The notes beneath the pieces are model-generated. The model ran no database searches and was not told the origin of the DNA. It saw nothing but the letters and a program-made list of their open reading frames with translations. 64,000 nt of DNA. Origin: an uncultured Bacteroidia bacterium. Lineage in GTDB: Bacteria > Bacteroidota > Bacteroidia > Bacteroidales > F082. Location of the stretch: positions 47,138-111,137 of the forward strand of contig CACZDU010000001.1 in the NCBI GenBank assembly GCA_902780055.1. The letters are read 5' to 3'. Positions within the stretch are counted from its first letter, which is position 1. Each line of letters starts with the position of its first letter. Shown here piece by piece: positions 8,430-18,500 of the stretch. Both the position numbers and the translations under genes were made by a program.

Positions 8430-8993
8430 ATGGCAACAGCATCAATAATCATCAGCATCCTCTTCATCATCTGCCTGACCGCTCCCGTGGCCACGCGCTC
8501 GGTGGGACTGATTAAGGCCGACGACAAGCCTTCGCAAAAATGGTTTATTCCGTTATTGTTCGGTGTCTATCATGGGGTTGCCGCTATGTTTGGTAAGTTT
8601 TTGGGAGGATTGTTTGCTCATCTCATTACCTATATCGCTCAGTATATGGTCTTTGCGATGATGCTCATAATTGCCGTAAAAATGCTTGTCGATTCAATGA
8701 GGATTTTGAAAGGCAAAATGCTTTACACGGTCAACAACGACACTGAACTGATGTTGCTCGTTTTCATGTCGGCCATGAACACACTGCTTATGTCGCTGAT
8801 GGAGCCGTATTTCGAACCTTTTGGCCGATGGTTTATGCCATTGGTTATCGTGGCAAGTTTTTTATGGTCTTTCATTGCCGTCCGCATCGAGTTTAACCCA
8901 AGTGTGATTAAAAAAGTGAGTTTCATCGAGTTCTCGGCGGCTGTATTTATGGCAGTCATTGCGATATTGTATTTGTTTACGGATTTGGTTTAA
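8430..8993 (+). CDS. Polytopic membrane protein, MntP/DUF204-like (tentative)
   Basis: 187 aa with about six hydrophobic helices. LLFGVYHGVAAMFGKFLGG...MMLIIAVKMLVDS loosely follows the MntP pattern. Confidence 0.35.
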   Translation: MATASIIISILFIICLTAPVATRSVGLIKADDKPSQKWFIPLLFGVYHGVAAMFGKFLGGLFAHLITYIAQYMVFAMMLIIAVKMLVDSMRILKGKMLYTVNNDTELMLLVFMSAMNTLLMSLMEPYFEPFGRWFMPLVIVASFLWSFIAVRIEFNPSVIKKVSFIEFSAAVFMAVIAILYLFTDLV

Positions 8994-9034
8994 GGATTTA
9001 AAATTCAAAGATTTAAGATATAATACTCTGAATA

Positions 9035-10099
9035 ATGAAAAAGCTCCTCGCTCTTTTTATAGGTTTATCGCTGTCCGTCTTGGTCGGTGCGCAACCAGCA
9101 AATTACTACAATTCCGCCAATGGCTTGACGGGCAACCAGTTGAAGGTGGCTTTGCACAACATCATTAAGGGTCATTCGTCCATCGCTTATAGCCAACTTT
9201 GGAACGCCTTCTGGAGCACCGACAACAAAGGCAATGGCGTGGTGTGGGACATGTATTCCGACCGGCCTAACGGCAACCCACCTTACACTTACTATCTCGG
9301 CCAAGACCAATGCGGCAACTACAACAGCGAAGGCGACTGCTACAACCGCGAGCACTCATGGCCACAGAGTTGGTTCAACGAACAAACCACGCCGCGTTCC
9401 GACTTGCACCATATCTTTCCGACCGATGGCTTTGTCAATAACAAGCGTGCCAATTATCCCTTCGGCGAGGTGCGTTCTGCCACATGGACTTCACAAAACG
9501 GCTCAAAATTAGGCACATGCAAAACCCTTGGCTATTCAGGAACGGTGTTCGAGCCTATCGATGAGTACAAAGGCGACTTCGCCCGCGCCTTGATGTATAT
9601 GAGCGTGCGTTATTATTCGGAGGATGGTGGCTGGGCTTCAAGCGAGATGACCAACAAGTCGGAAATTTTGCCTTGGGCCATTAATATGCTGATGCGCTGG
9701 AATGACCAAGACCCTGTGAGCGAGAAAGAAAAGGAGCGTAACGAGGTCATTTACAACGACTATCAACACAACCGCAACCCCTTTGTTGACCATCCCGAAT
9801 ACGCCCGCATGATATGGGACCCGACTTGGAGCGCTGTTGAGGAAACCTCAGAAGCAGCGGTGTTCCTGTTTCCCAATCCCACTGAGGCAGGACAAGTTCT
9901 TCATGTGAGCGGCAATTCAAACTCATTCGATGCAGTAGTCATCTGTGATTTGAGTGGGCGTACTTTGCTCAAGGCTATTGGTAATGCCGTCGGTGATTTT
10001 GCCGTGACTTTGCCTAACGATTTGGCAAAAGGCTGTTACATCGTCAAATTGATGCGTAATGGCTCGGTAGTGAAATACGAAAAACTCCTTGTGAAATAG
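9035..10099 (+). CDS. Secreted endonuclease I family nuclease with T9SS C-terminal sorting domain
   Basis: Signal peptide. Endonuclease I motifs REHSWPQSWF, DLHHIFPTDGFVNNKR, YKGDFARALMYM and NRNPFVDHPE. C-terminal FLFPNPTEAG...KGCYIVKLMRNGSVVKYEKLLVK is a T9SS CTD. Confidence 0.88.
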   Translation: MKKLLALFIGLSLSVLVGAQPANYYNSANGLTGNQLKVALHNIIKGHSSIAYSQLWNAFWSTDNKGNGVVWDMYSDRPNGNPPYTYYLGQDQCGNYNSEGDCYNREHSWPQSWFNEQTTPRSDLHHIFPTDGFVNNKRANYPFGEVRSATWTSQNGSKLGTCKTLGYSGTVFEPIDEYKGDFARALMYMSVRYYSEDGGWASSEMTNKSEILPWAINMLMRWNDQDPVSEKEKERNEVIYNDYQHNRNPFVDHPEYARMIWDPTWSAVEETSEAAVFLFPNPTEAGQVLHVSGNSNSFDAVVICDLSGRTLLKAIGNAVGDFAVTLPNDLAKGCYIVKLMRNGSVVKYEKLLVK

Positions 10100-10156
10100 T
10101 TTAGAGTTGAGGGTTTAGAGAACACCCTGAACATTCCAACAACTCTAAACACTAAA

Positions 10157-11074
10157 CTACATCATCTTCTTGTGCCTGAAGTAGATATAGAAAGCAGTAG
10201 CTACCACGGCCATGAATCCCATGATGCCCCAAAACGCCCAAGCCGCTTCTTGGAAGGGTAGGGCGACATTCATTCCGTAGAGGCCGGTGATGAAGGTCAA
10301 AGGGAGGATGATGGTCGAAACGAGGGTCAGGATTTTCATCGTCTCGTTGGTCTTGTTGGTCTGCATCGAGTCGAAGGTCATTGAGAGGCCCTCAATCAAT
10401 TCCTCGTAGTCCTCGGTCATGTCCCACACCTTTTGCAGGTAGTCGAGGATGTTGCCCCAGTAGTCTTCCATGTATTCCACATCGTCGGTGAAGCCAGTCA
10501 CTTTGCCCGTTTCAAACAGGTGGAAGAGCCTCAACTGCGGCTTGAAAATAGTGTTGATGAGGATGAGGTTCTTGCGCGTCACACTGATGCGCTCGATGAT
10601 TTTCACTTGCTTTTCCTGAAGCAGTTCGCGGTTGATTAACTCCACATCCAAGCCAACCTTACGAAGCAAGTACACTGATTCGGTCATCAGTTTTTCGAGG
10701 ATGCGGTAGAGCAGGATGTCGGAGTTGCGGAAGTTCATTTCCTCGCCGTTTTGGATGCGCTCCTCGTATTCCTCAAAGAGTTGCGACACGCCCCAAGGGC
10801 TTTTCTCGATGGAGATGATGTACTCCTTGCCCCAGAAAATCTTCACCTCCTTGATTTTCACGAACTTGTTCTGACGGTCGAAGTTGGGGAAATGCAGGAT
10901 AAGGAAATAATAGTCGTCGTAAATGTCGATTTTCGGGCGTTGGTTAACGGACTTGCAGTCTTCGATGTCCAAAGGGTGGAAATGGAATCGGTCTTTCAGG
11001 AATTCAAAGTCTTCCTCTGACGGGTTGTTGAGATGACGCCAAGTCAAGTTCCCGATTTTCAGGCTGTTAATCAT
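10157..11074 (-). CDS. corA: Magnesium/cobalt transporter CorA
   Basis: 305 aa. YGMNV (GMN) motif before the last of two C-terminal TM helices. Confidence 0.88.
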   Translation of the reverse strand: MINSLKIGNLTWRHLNNPSEEDFEFLKDRFHFHPLDIEDCKSVNQRPKIDIYDDYYFLILHFPNFDRQNKFVKIKEVKIFWGKEYIISIEKSPWGVSQLFEEYEERIQNGEEMNFRNSDILLYRILEKLMTESVYLLRKVGLDVELINRELLQEKQVKIIERISVTRKNLILINTIFKPQLRLFHLFETGKVTGFTDDVEYMEDYWGNILDYLQKVWDMTEDYEELIEGLSMTFDSMQTNKTNETMKILTLVSTIILPLTFITGLYGMNVALPFQEAAWAFWGIMGFMAVVATAFYIYFRHKKMM

Positions 11075-11200
11075 AATGCCTTCCCCCTTTCTTTAAAGTG
11101 AATACTCAGTTTACATCGGCGCAATAGTTTTTTCGCGCCGCGAAAATAAGGTTTTTTTCTGAAAGAACGGAAACAAATCTTGCAGAAATCGGAAAATAAT

Positions 11201-11235
11201 AAGGGTTCGGTCATTGTTTTGCCGACCGAACCCTT
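11201..11235 (-). terminator. Hairpin terminator downstream of the 642-aa T9SS cargo gene
   Basis: AAGGGTTCGGTC (11201..11212) pairs with GACCGAACCCTT (11224..11235). The minus-strand reading is followed by a T-rich tract. Confidence 0.6.
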
Positions 11236-11258
11236 TGGAAATGGTTGTGTTTTGTGGT

Positions 11259-13187
11259 TTACTTGACGACCACTTTTTGCACCTTCACGTCGTTGCCGCT
11301 GATAAGGCGGAACATGTAGACGCCGGGAGCGGCATTGATGCTCATGCTATAGCTGCCTTCAATCTGCTCGCTCTTCAGGATGCGGCCAGTCACATCAACG
11401 ACTTGCACGATGGCCTTGCCGTCGTTGTTGATGACCCAGTTGCCATTGCTGAAGAAGACGAAACTGTCGTCAGTGGCATTGCCCGTGGCAAACACCAACT
11501 TGAATCGGGTAGCATAGTCTGTTGTCTTGGCATCGAAGGAGTAGCTGGCGGTTTCAAGCAAGTCGACATCAACACCCGTCAGGTTGTCGATGAGGTGGAG
11601 ATAGCTGAAACTGACTTCCTCGTTGCTGAAGCAGAGGGTATAAGTGCCATTTTTGGCAGCCTTGAAGTTGACCGGCATCTCGCCCATGTCGCTGTTGACA
11701 GAAACCACGGCATAGTCCTTATTGTCCTGCGGGATATAGACCTTGGTGTTGTTTTCATTGAGCATGAACTTGGGCAAGGTGCTTTCTTCACCGAAACGGA
11801 TAATGGCACGGTCGATGGCAGCACCACGGTTGCTGGTGATGTTCATCACAAGTGAAGCACTCTTATCAGGTTCTTCGGTGCTGAAGGTCATCATTTCGCC
11901 ATCGGTTTCGGCAACAACGAAAACACCTTCCATAGCTTCGACACTGTTGCCCGAAACGGCAATCACTTCTGAACCCTCATCATTTAAGGTATAATACGGC
12001 TTAGTGATGAAAGCGGTCTGAGCGAAGGGATTGCCCACCAGATTCCAACCTGCGAAACGGGCGTTTGCATCATAATCCAAAGAAATCTCGCCATTGCCAT
12101 CGTATGGGAAACCAGTGAAAGTCAGTGTGACATCCTCACTGTTGGCATAAAGGTAGCCTTTCCCAGGAAGGAGGTTGTAGTTGCCGTTGTCACCCTCATA
12201 GTTGATCCATTCCAAAGCTGGAGATTGATCGAAATAATAGAGGTCATGATCATTTGAAAGCATGTTGGTCACATTTGCAGGTTTCACCTCTCCAATGGGA
12301 GACGCAAGTAGATAGTAATGGTCTTTGTTGCCTTCCGTGTAACCGACAATCTCCTTGGTGAAGGTTTGCATCGTGCCAAAGTTGATGACGAGAGGCTCGA
12401 ACATGTCGCCAATGTCGCTGTCAATCCAATTGAGGGTTAAATTGCAAATGCCAGGAAATATTTCTTGGTTGGTCACATCATATAGATAGAAGTTGATGGT
12501 ATCTCCTGTGGCACCGCCCACGACGATTTCCAGAATATGACTTCCGTCAACGGGTGACACCCACCATTTGTCCGAGTCGCCGAGACCACGGCACTCATCG
12601 CCGCAGAACGCTCCCACTTCCCAATTGGTGTTTTCCACAGGAACTCCATTGATTTGGATTTGCGTTTCGAGATACATGTAGTTCTCGTAATTACCAGGTG
12701 TCCAAGGGTATTCAGGGCCGTAGGTAATGGGGGGGTCCACAGTAAACTCGATGATTAATGGTTCCCATATTTCACCGTATCCATCGGCATTGGTCAGCAC
12801 CGTAGTCGAGCAATTGTCATACTCGGTTTCTGTGGCATGGTCATAGAGCTTGAAAGTAACGGTTTCCCCGGCATTGTTATAGGCCACACCCAACCATGCA
12901 AAATAAACTCCCGGATAATAGGTAGGGTCGGCCTCAAAAAGAAACTCCGTAGCCCTTACCTGATCGCCGACGAAAGCGGCAATTTCAAAATCACCAGAAG
13001 CCAAGGCTTCACCATTGAGATGCACTTCTCCAATCAAGGGGAAATTGCTCTCGTAATCATGGTAATTGTAACTCCAGTGATAGTTTTGTGCTTGCATTAC
13101 TCCGCAAAGGAAGAGAGCAGCGATAAAAAACATTATTCTTTTTGTCATGATGTATTTGGTTTTTCTCGTGTTAAACATTGTGTTCAA
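11259..13187 (-). CDS. T9SS-secreted protein of unknown function (internal domain duplication plus T9SS CTD)
   Basis: The signal peptide probably starts at the internal MTKRIMFFIAALFLCGVMQAQ (ATG near 13148). Two homologous domains of about 115 aa are present (..EIAAFVGDQVRA..TFKLYD..EPLIIEF and ..EVGAFCGDECRG..NFYLYD..EPLVINF). C-terminal PGVYMFRLISGNDVKVQKVVVK is a CTD. Confidence 0.75.
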   Translation of the reverse strand: MNTMFNTRKTKYIMTKRIMFFIAALFLCGVMQAQNYHWSYNYHDYESNFPLIGEVHLNGEALASGDFEIAAFVGDQVRATEFLFEADPTYYPGVYFAWLGVAYNNAGETVTFKLYDHATETEYDNCSTTVLTNADGYGEIWEPLIIEFTVDPPITYGPEYPWTPGNYENYMYLETQIQINGVPVENTNWEVGAFCGDECRGLGDSDKWWVSPVDGSHILEIVVGGATGDTINFYLYDVTNQEIFPGICNLTLNWIDSDIGDMFEPLVINFGTMQTFTKEIVGYTEGNKDHYYLLASPIGEVKPANVTNMLSNDHDLYYFDQSPALEWINYEGDNGNYNLLPGKGYLYANSEDVTLTFTGFPYDGNGEISLDYDANARFAGWNLVGNPFAQTAFITKPYYTLNDEGSEVIAVSGNSVEAMEGVFVVAETDGEMMTFSTEEPDKSASLVMNITSNRGAAIDRAIIRFGEESTLPKFMLNENNTKVYIPQDNKDYAVVSVNSDMGEMPVNFKAAKNGTYTLCFSNEEVSFSYLHLIDNLTGVDVDLLETASYSFDAKTTDYATRFKLVFATGNATDDSFVFFSNGNWVINNDGKAIVQVVDVTGRILKSEQIEGSYSMSINAAPGVYMFRLISGNDVKVQKVVVK

Positions 13188-13225
13188 AATACTACTATTT
13201 TATCCGATGATATTCTTTGCTGTCA

Positions 13226-15532
13226 TTACTTTGCAGAATTAAAGATTAAGGTCTGCGATTCGACAGCTTTCGATTTGAAGATGTAACCATTTCCTGGAAC
13301 AAGTTGTGTAAGGGTTCCCACCCACGAGGAGCCGTTGAAAGTGGAGAACTTGTTGTTGAAAACAATCTTGTCACCTTGTGTGGCCGTGTAGTTGCTCAAG
13401 GCTTGGTTGATACTTACGCTTTCCGTGCCAATGAAACCAATCCAGTTGCTGCCCGGATAGATGATGATAGGATAATCCGCAGGGTCGACCACTTCGCTAA
13501 CGACTGTAATGGCGCATGCCTCATCGGTTTTAATCTTGTACATCTTGCCCAATTCGATGCTTTGCAGGTTGCCCGACCATGAACCATTATTGGCATTATA
13601 GGTGGCAAACTTGCCATCTTGTGCCGCAATTCTCAAGCCGTGGTTGCCCAAAGCCTCTTTGAGTTGAGCCAAGGTGATGTCCACATTGGGCGACCACCAG
13701 TTCCAGTCGGCGGAAAGCTCAAAAGTCTGGACAGCGGAAGGCATTTCGCACGACACCGTGGCGACCCAACCGCTCTTGTTCACGGAATAATCTGAAGTGA
13801 ACCTGAAAGTCAAGGCTCCTTCGTCGTTGGTGGCGGTCACGGTTCCGGGGCCGGCAGTGCCGGAATACTGTCCGATTTGCGTGGCTGAAGTCGAAGTGCC
13901 GTCATAAATATAAAGGTAGTCGTAAGTCGATTCGGTATTGAACTCGGAGAAGTCAACGATGATTTTCGCTCCTGTGGTTGCAGGATAGAAAACCAAGGTG
14001 TAATCGAGGTTGTTGCCATAGTTGCTGTCGGGGCCTCCTGAGTCATAAAACAGCGCATCGCAAGTTTCAAAAGAGCCATCCTGCATGTTGATGATGTCGG
14101 GTGTGGGACATCCTGCGGTCAAAAAGATGGTGTCCAAATCCACTCTTTGGTTATCAGCCACAGTAACTTCAACGGTTTGCGGACAGTAGCCGTTTTTGGA
14201 GATAGCCAAAGTGTATGTTCCACCCTTGATAGGACGGTGGAAGTCGCCAACATTATGCGTACTCACCTGTGAATTGTTGACGTCATGGTCTTGCACCGTA
14301 ATGGTGGCACCGACAATCGGCTGGTTGGTTTCAGCGTCATACACATAACCGTGGATACCGTTCAAACATTGCTCAATGAGCCCAAGCATGGCGGTGTGGT
14401 TGTAGTTCCAATAGGTCGGCATGGTGGAGGCATTGGGCTTCTTGGTGGTGGAACACTCAATGGTGATTTCACGACATTCGCCGAATGCATTCTCATAATC
14501 CTGACGGCTGCCCGTAATCACATACCAATCGGCACCATTGGTGACGCCATCAGAATAAGGATTAGTCATGTAAGAGGAAGAATAGGTCCTCACATTGCTG
14601 ACGTACTCCGTACTGATAAGCTCATACCAATCTTTGTCGGCGTGGTCGGTATAGACGGCATCCCAAGGATAGTTCACCACTTCGGCACCGCCGTGGTAAT
14701 TGGCGCCCATGGTGAAAAGGTAGTCTTGGGCCAATTGCATGGTCCATTGGGTTTCCAAAGCGTATGCCTTGCCGTCGGGATGGTCGCCATTGAAATAATC
14801 CTTGTAGTTGCGGTTCAAGTCCACTCCGTTGATGTTGTATCGACGTGCGCCGTTCATGGTGCTGTTGCCGCTGTAATAGGTGCCGTCGGGGTTGGTCAAA
14901 GGGAAGATGAAGAGATCCACATTGTTTAGGATATTGACGATGCGGGAGTCAGTGCTGGTGCAGAACTCGTCAATTAGGCGAAGCATGAGCATCATGCCGG
15001 TCACTTCGTCACCGTGCATCGTCGAACTATAAAGGAATCTCGGCTTGCCGTCGGGTTGGCCATTATTGAGGCGCACACCCAACAGTTTGCGGCCACTATT
15101 GAGCGTACCAAGGTCAAGCAAGGTGCAAGAACGGTCGCTCAAGGCTTGTGACGGGAAGGCTTCCATCATGCTTTGGTAGGCATCGTAGGTGGGATAGCTG
15201 TCCCATTCATACGAGGAACGGTCGTTGCCGTCCCACATGACGGCATCGCAAAGCATGGAAGGCGGTGTCTGCAATTCAGGCTGATAGCCAGCCAGCAGCA
15301 GATCGTCATACTGCTGCTGGTTGGCATAGCAAACCACGGTTCTGCCATCAGTGCCATCAACGGAGCAAAGTTTGCTGATGCCCTGAATTTCAGAGGGTTC
15401 CTGAACTGTGAGCGCAAAATAATACTCGTTGCGCTCACGCATGAGTTGTTGTAGTTCCCTTTGACTTTGGGCGAAAAGGCTTCCTCCGATGACGAGGGCA
15501 AGAACCAATATGCAATATTTCAACTTATTCAT
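13226..15532 (-). CDS. Secreted M14 zinc carboxypeptidase with regulatory-like domain, CUB domain and a two-repeat C-terminal module
   Basis: Signal peptide. M14 motifs STMHGDEVTG (HxxE), NPDG, DLNRN and NYHGGAEVVNYPW. GYVYDAETNQPIVGATITV matches a CarboxypepD_reg-like domain. CUB-like segment at 13748..14062. The last ~168 aa are shared with the neighbouring C25 protein. Confidence 0.85.
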   Translation of the reverse strand: MNKLKYCILVLALVIGGSLFAQSQRELQQLMRERNEYYFALTVQEPSEIQGISKLCSVDGTDGRTVVCYANQQQYDDLLLAGYQPELQTPPSMLCDAVMWDGNDRSSYEWDSYPTYDAYQSMMEAFPSQALSDRSCTLLDLGTLNSGRKLLGVRLNNGQPDGKPRFLYSSTMHGDEVTGMMLMLRLIDEFCTSTDSRIVNILNNVDLFIFPLTNPDGTYYSGNSTMNGARRYNINGVDLNRNYKDYFNGDHPDGKAYALETQWTMQLAQDYLFTMGANYHGGAEVVNYPWDAVYTDHADKDWYELISTEYVSNVRTYSSSYMTNPYSDGVTNGADWYVITGSRQDYENAFGECREITIECSTTKKPNASTMPTYWNYNHTAMLGLIEQCLNGIHGYVYDAETNQPIVGATITVQDHDVNNSQVSTHNVGDFHRPIKGGTYTLAISKNGYCPQTVEVTVADNQRVDLDTIFLTAGCPTPDIINMQDGSFETCDALFYDSGGPDSNYGNNLDYTLVFYPATTGAKIIVDFSEFNTESTYDYLYIYDGTSTSATQIGQYSGTAGPGTVTATNDEGALTFRFTSDYSVNKSGWVATVSCEMPSAVQTFELSADWNWWSPNVDITLAQLKEALGNHGLRIAAQDGKFATYNANNGSWSGNLQSIELGKMYKIKTDEACAITVVSEVVDPADYPIIIYPGSNWIGFIGTESVSINQALSNYTATQGDKIVFNNKFSTFNGSSWVGTLTQLVPGNGYIFKSKAVESQTLIFNSAK

Positions 15533-15553
15533 ATTTCCAACGATGAATCAAGT

Positions 15554-18500
15554 TTACTTCGCTGACGGATAAGTGAAAGTGCGTGTTCCTGTCGCATTCG
15601 ACTTGTAGATGTAGCCCTTGCCAGGTTCAAGCGTGTTGAGAGAACCTTGCCAACCGTAACCTTGGTAATAAGTGGCTTTGCCGTTGGCTGACTTGATGAC
15701 ATCCCTATCGGTCGGAGTGAAGTTGCTAAAGGCTTCATTGAGGCTCATGCTTTGGGTGCTGATGAACCCAATCCAGTTGTTTCCTGAAGAAAGAGTAATC
15801 GGATATAGTGCTGGGTCGACCACTTCGCTACTGAAGGTTATGGTGCAGGCCTCGTTGGTCCTAATCTTGTACATCTTGCCCAATTCGATGCTTTGCAGGT
15901 TACCCGTCCATGTACCGCTGTTGGCATTGTAGGTGGCAAATTTGCCATCCTGTGCTGCAATCCTCAGGCCGTGGTTGCCCAAGGCTTCTTTCAGTTCGCT
16001 CAAAGTGATGTCTACATTCGGCGACCACCAGTTCCAGTCGGCTCCAAGTTGGATGGTTTGCTCGATGATAGGAGTACCTGTATCGATACCTAACAAGATT
16101 TGATTCTTCTGTGACAACACATTGTGATGATCTTGGGAGGTATAGGATGTCGGTGGATTCGATGGATTGTAATTGGTATTATCGCCGTAAACATACAAAG
16201 CCTGATTGCCAGAGGTGCTAAAGGTACGGCAGGCCATGTGCGGGGAAGAGGTCCATTGCCCAGTGTTGTCATCAGCAATGAGAACAAGGTTGGACGTGCC
16301 GTCGTACTCAAATGGGGTGCTGAAAGTGATGAATGTCCAATCGTTAGCCGCCATAATGACAGTGCCGCTGAACACTTTATCGGACTCGGAGACCGTTACC
16401 CAATCGGTATTGCTGGAGAATGAACTATTGGTAGTGGTCTTCAGATAGAAATCGTAAGTACGCGTCTTCTCCGCTCCACCATTGTAGAAAGCAATGGTTT
16501 TGATGGTACCGGCAGTGCCAATCTCCTCGGCTGTGTAAATCTGCTGGGTGAGCGCATACTTGTAATAGTTGTAACTGGGCAGATATTGGCTTGTTGCCGT
16601 GCCACCGTCACCTATGAGGACACCCTCCACAAAATTGGCCACCAGATTCATGTCGCTGGTCACATTGAAAGTGTATTCAACTTCGCTGGATACAAACTCG
16701 CCGTCTTGAATCCATCCACTGAAGTAATAACCGGGATTTTCAGTGGCTGTTACCGTGCAGGATTCGCCATAGCTGAATTCGCCGCCGCCGCTGACTGTGC
16801 CATAGGTGGAATTGCTTGAACTGACATTGACGATGAAAGTTTGGGATGCTATGGCACAATTGCAGTCGAACTCAAAAAGAGTGCCCGCGCTCGGCGTGCC
16901 GCTCGACTGGTAAATGATAATGTTGCCTTCCTCATATTGTATCGAGAAGGAGCACTCATTGTTGTAGCTTCCAGAGACAAAGGTCACTGTGACATGCGTG
17001 CCATTTCCAATTTCTAAAACATAGTTTGCTGAACTGCCCGAAGAAACGGTCAGAGATTGTGATTCAGTGCCGTCATCGAACGAAACGGTCAGGCTGGCAC
17101 CGTTCCAGCCGTCGCCGTAGGAGTCACTAAGATTGAAAACCACATTGCAAGCATTCTTCAAAGTCTCGCTGCCTTGTGCGCTGAGGTTGCCGTCGGCAGT
17201 CAGGGTGAAAGTGATGGGGATTTGTGCGGTTTCAGGACAGTTGGCCGCAATGGTTACGTTGAAATTGCAAGAAACAACCTCGTCTACACCAATGTTACCC
17301 ACGGTAATCGGTGAGTTATTGATAGTGATGTAGTTGCTGGATGAACTCATCGTGGCTACGGCATTGGTGGCTTGGTAATGGCCCGTGTTCTTGAACTTGG
17401 CTGTCAAGGTTAGGGTCTGGCCAGGAGTAAAACTGCCGTCCCAATTCATGCTCTGGTATTCCAAAACAGCCTCGCTAGCAGTGATAACTATGTTGCCTTC
17501 GTAGGTGTCGTTACCATTGACAGCGGCGTAGTGCATCATGACATTGGTACCGTCGGCCACACCCGAATTGATGCGGAACTGGAAGCCGCTCACAGTGGTG
17601 GTGGCTTCAGGAGCCAAAGTACCGAAGCTGCCTGTATTATTAATTAAGGTGACGTTGGGGTTATCCGTGGTCAACGTGATGTTGGTGGTGCCGGTGGAGG
17701 CATCCGTACCTACATTCTTAAAGGTGATGCTCAGGTCGATGTCGTCGCCGACATGGGCTGTTTCTGGTGTGTAGCCGTCAACAGAGATATAAGCACCTTC
17801 AAGGGCTACGGCGGAAACGGTTGAAATATAAGGAATACGGTTAGGAGCAGTCACGCAGATGGTGACATTGCCACTGGAAGTGACAGGGGTAATTGGAACT
17901 TGAACCGTGCCTGTTGCACCTACCAAAGCAGTGCCATGAAGCATACCGTCCTTGCTGATGGCCACGTATGAACCTGGAACGGCACTCACCTCGTAAGTAG
18001 CCATACCGAAGGGGATGATATTCATGTGGCTGACATTGTTGGCGGTAGGTTGCACACGGTAAGGCATGATGGAACCATCGCCCAATACATGGTAGGCCTG
18101 CCAATAGTAGAGCGTGGGCCTATGCATTGTGTAACCGAGAGCATTGGCGGCATTGCCAGCCAAATTACCGATGTAAAGCATGGAGTTCACAGTGTTGTAG
18201 ACATCATCCATCCAAATAGCATCGTACATGCCCGTGCCGGTTTCTTCGTAGGAAGGCATGGTGCCGTCGGCACGGCTTGTTGGGCCAACACCAAAATAGT
18301 AGTCGTTCAGCCAAACGGTGTTGGGGCAGGAACCGATATAGGCGTAGGCACCTTTGTTTTCGGCACGCACCATAGCTTCTCCGAAACAAGTGCCATAACC
18401 CCAGTCGCCCGATTGGCAGCAATTGCCGATGGCAAGGAAGTATTTGTGTTCGTTGGTCAAGTTGTTGACATCGTTAACGGTGAAACTCGGACCAGCCCAG

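Noticed and set aside
11127-11148. GGCGC-N12-GCGCC hairpin upstream of corA, considered as a riboswitch or attenuator fragment.
   Set aside because: The stem is short, and no conserved Mg-sensing leader features (M-box) are recognisable in the ~180-nt region.
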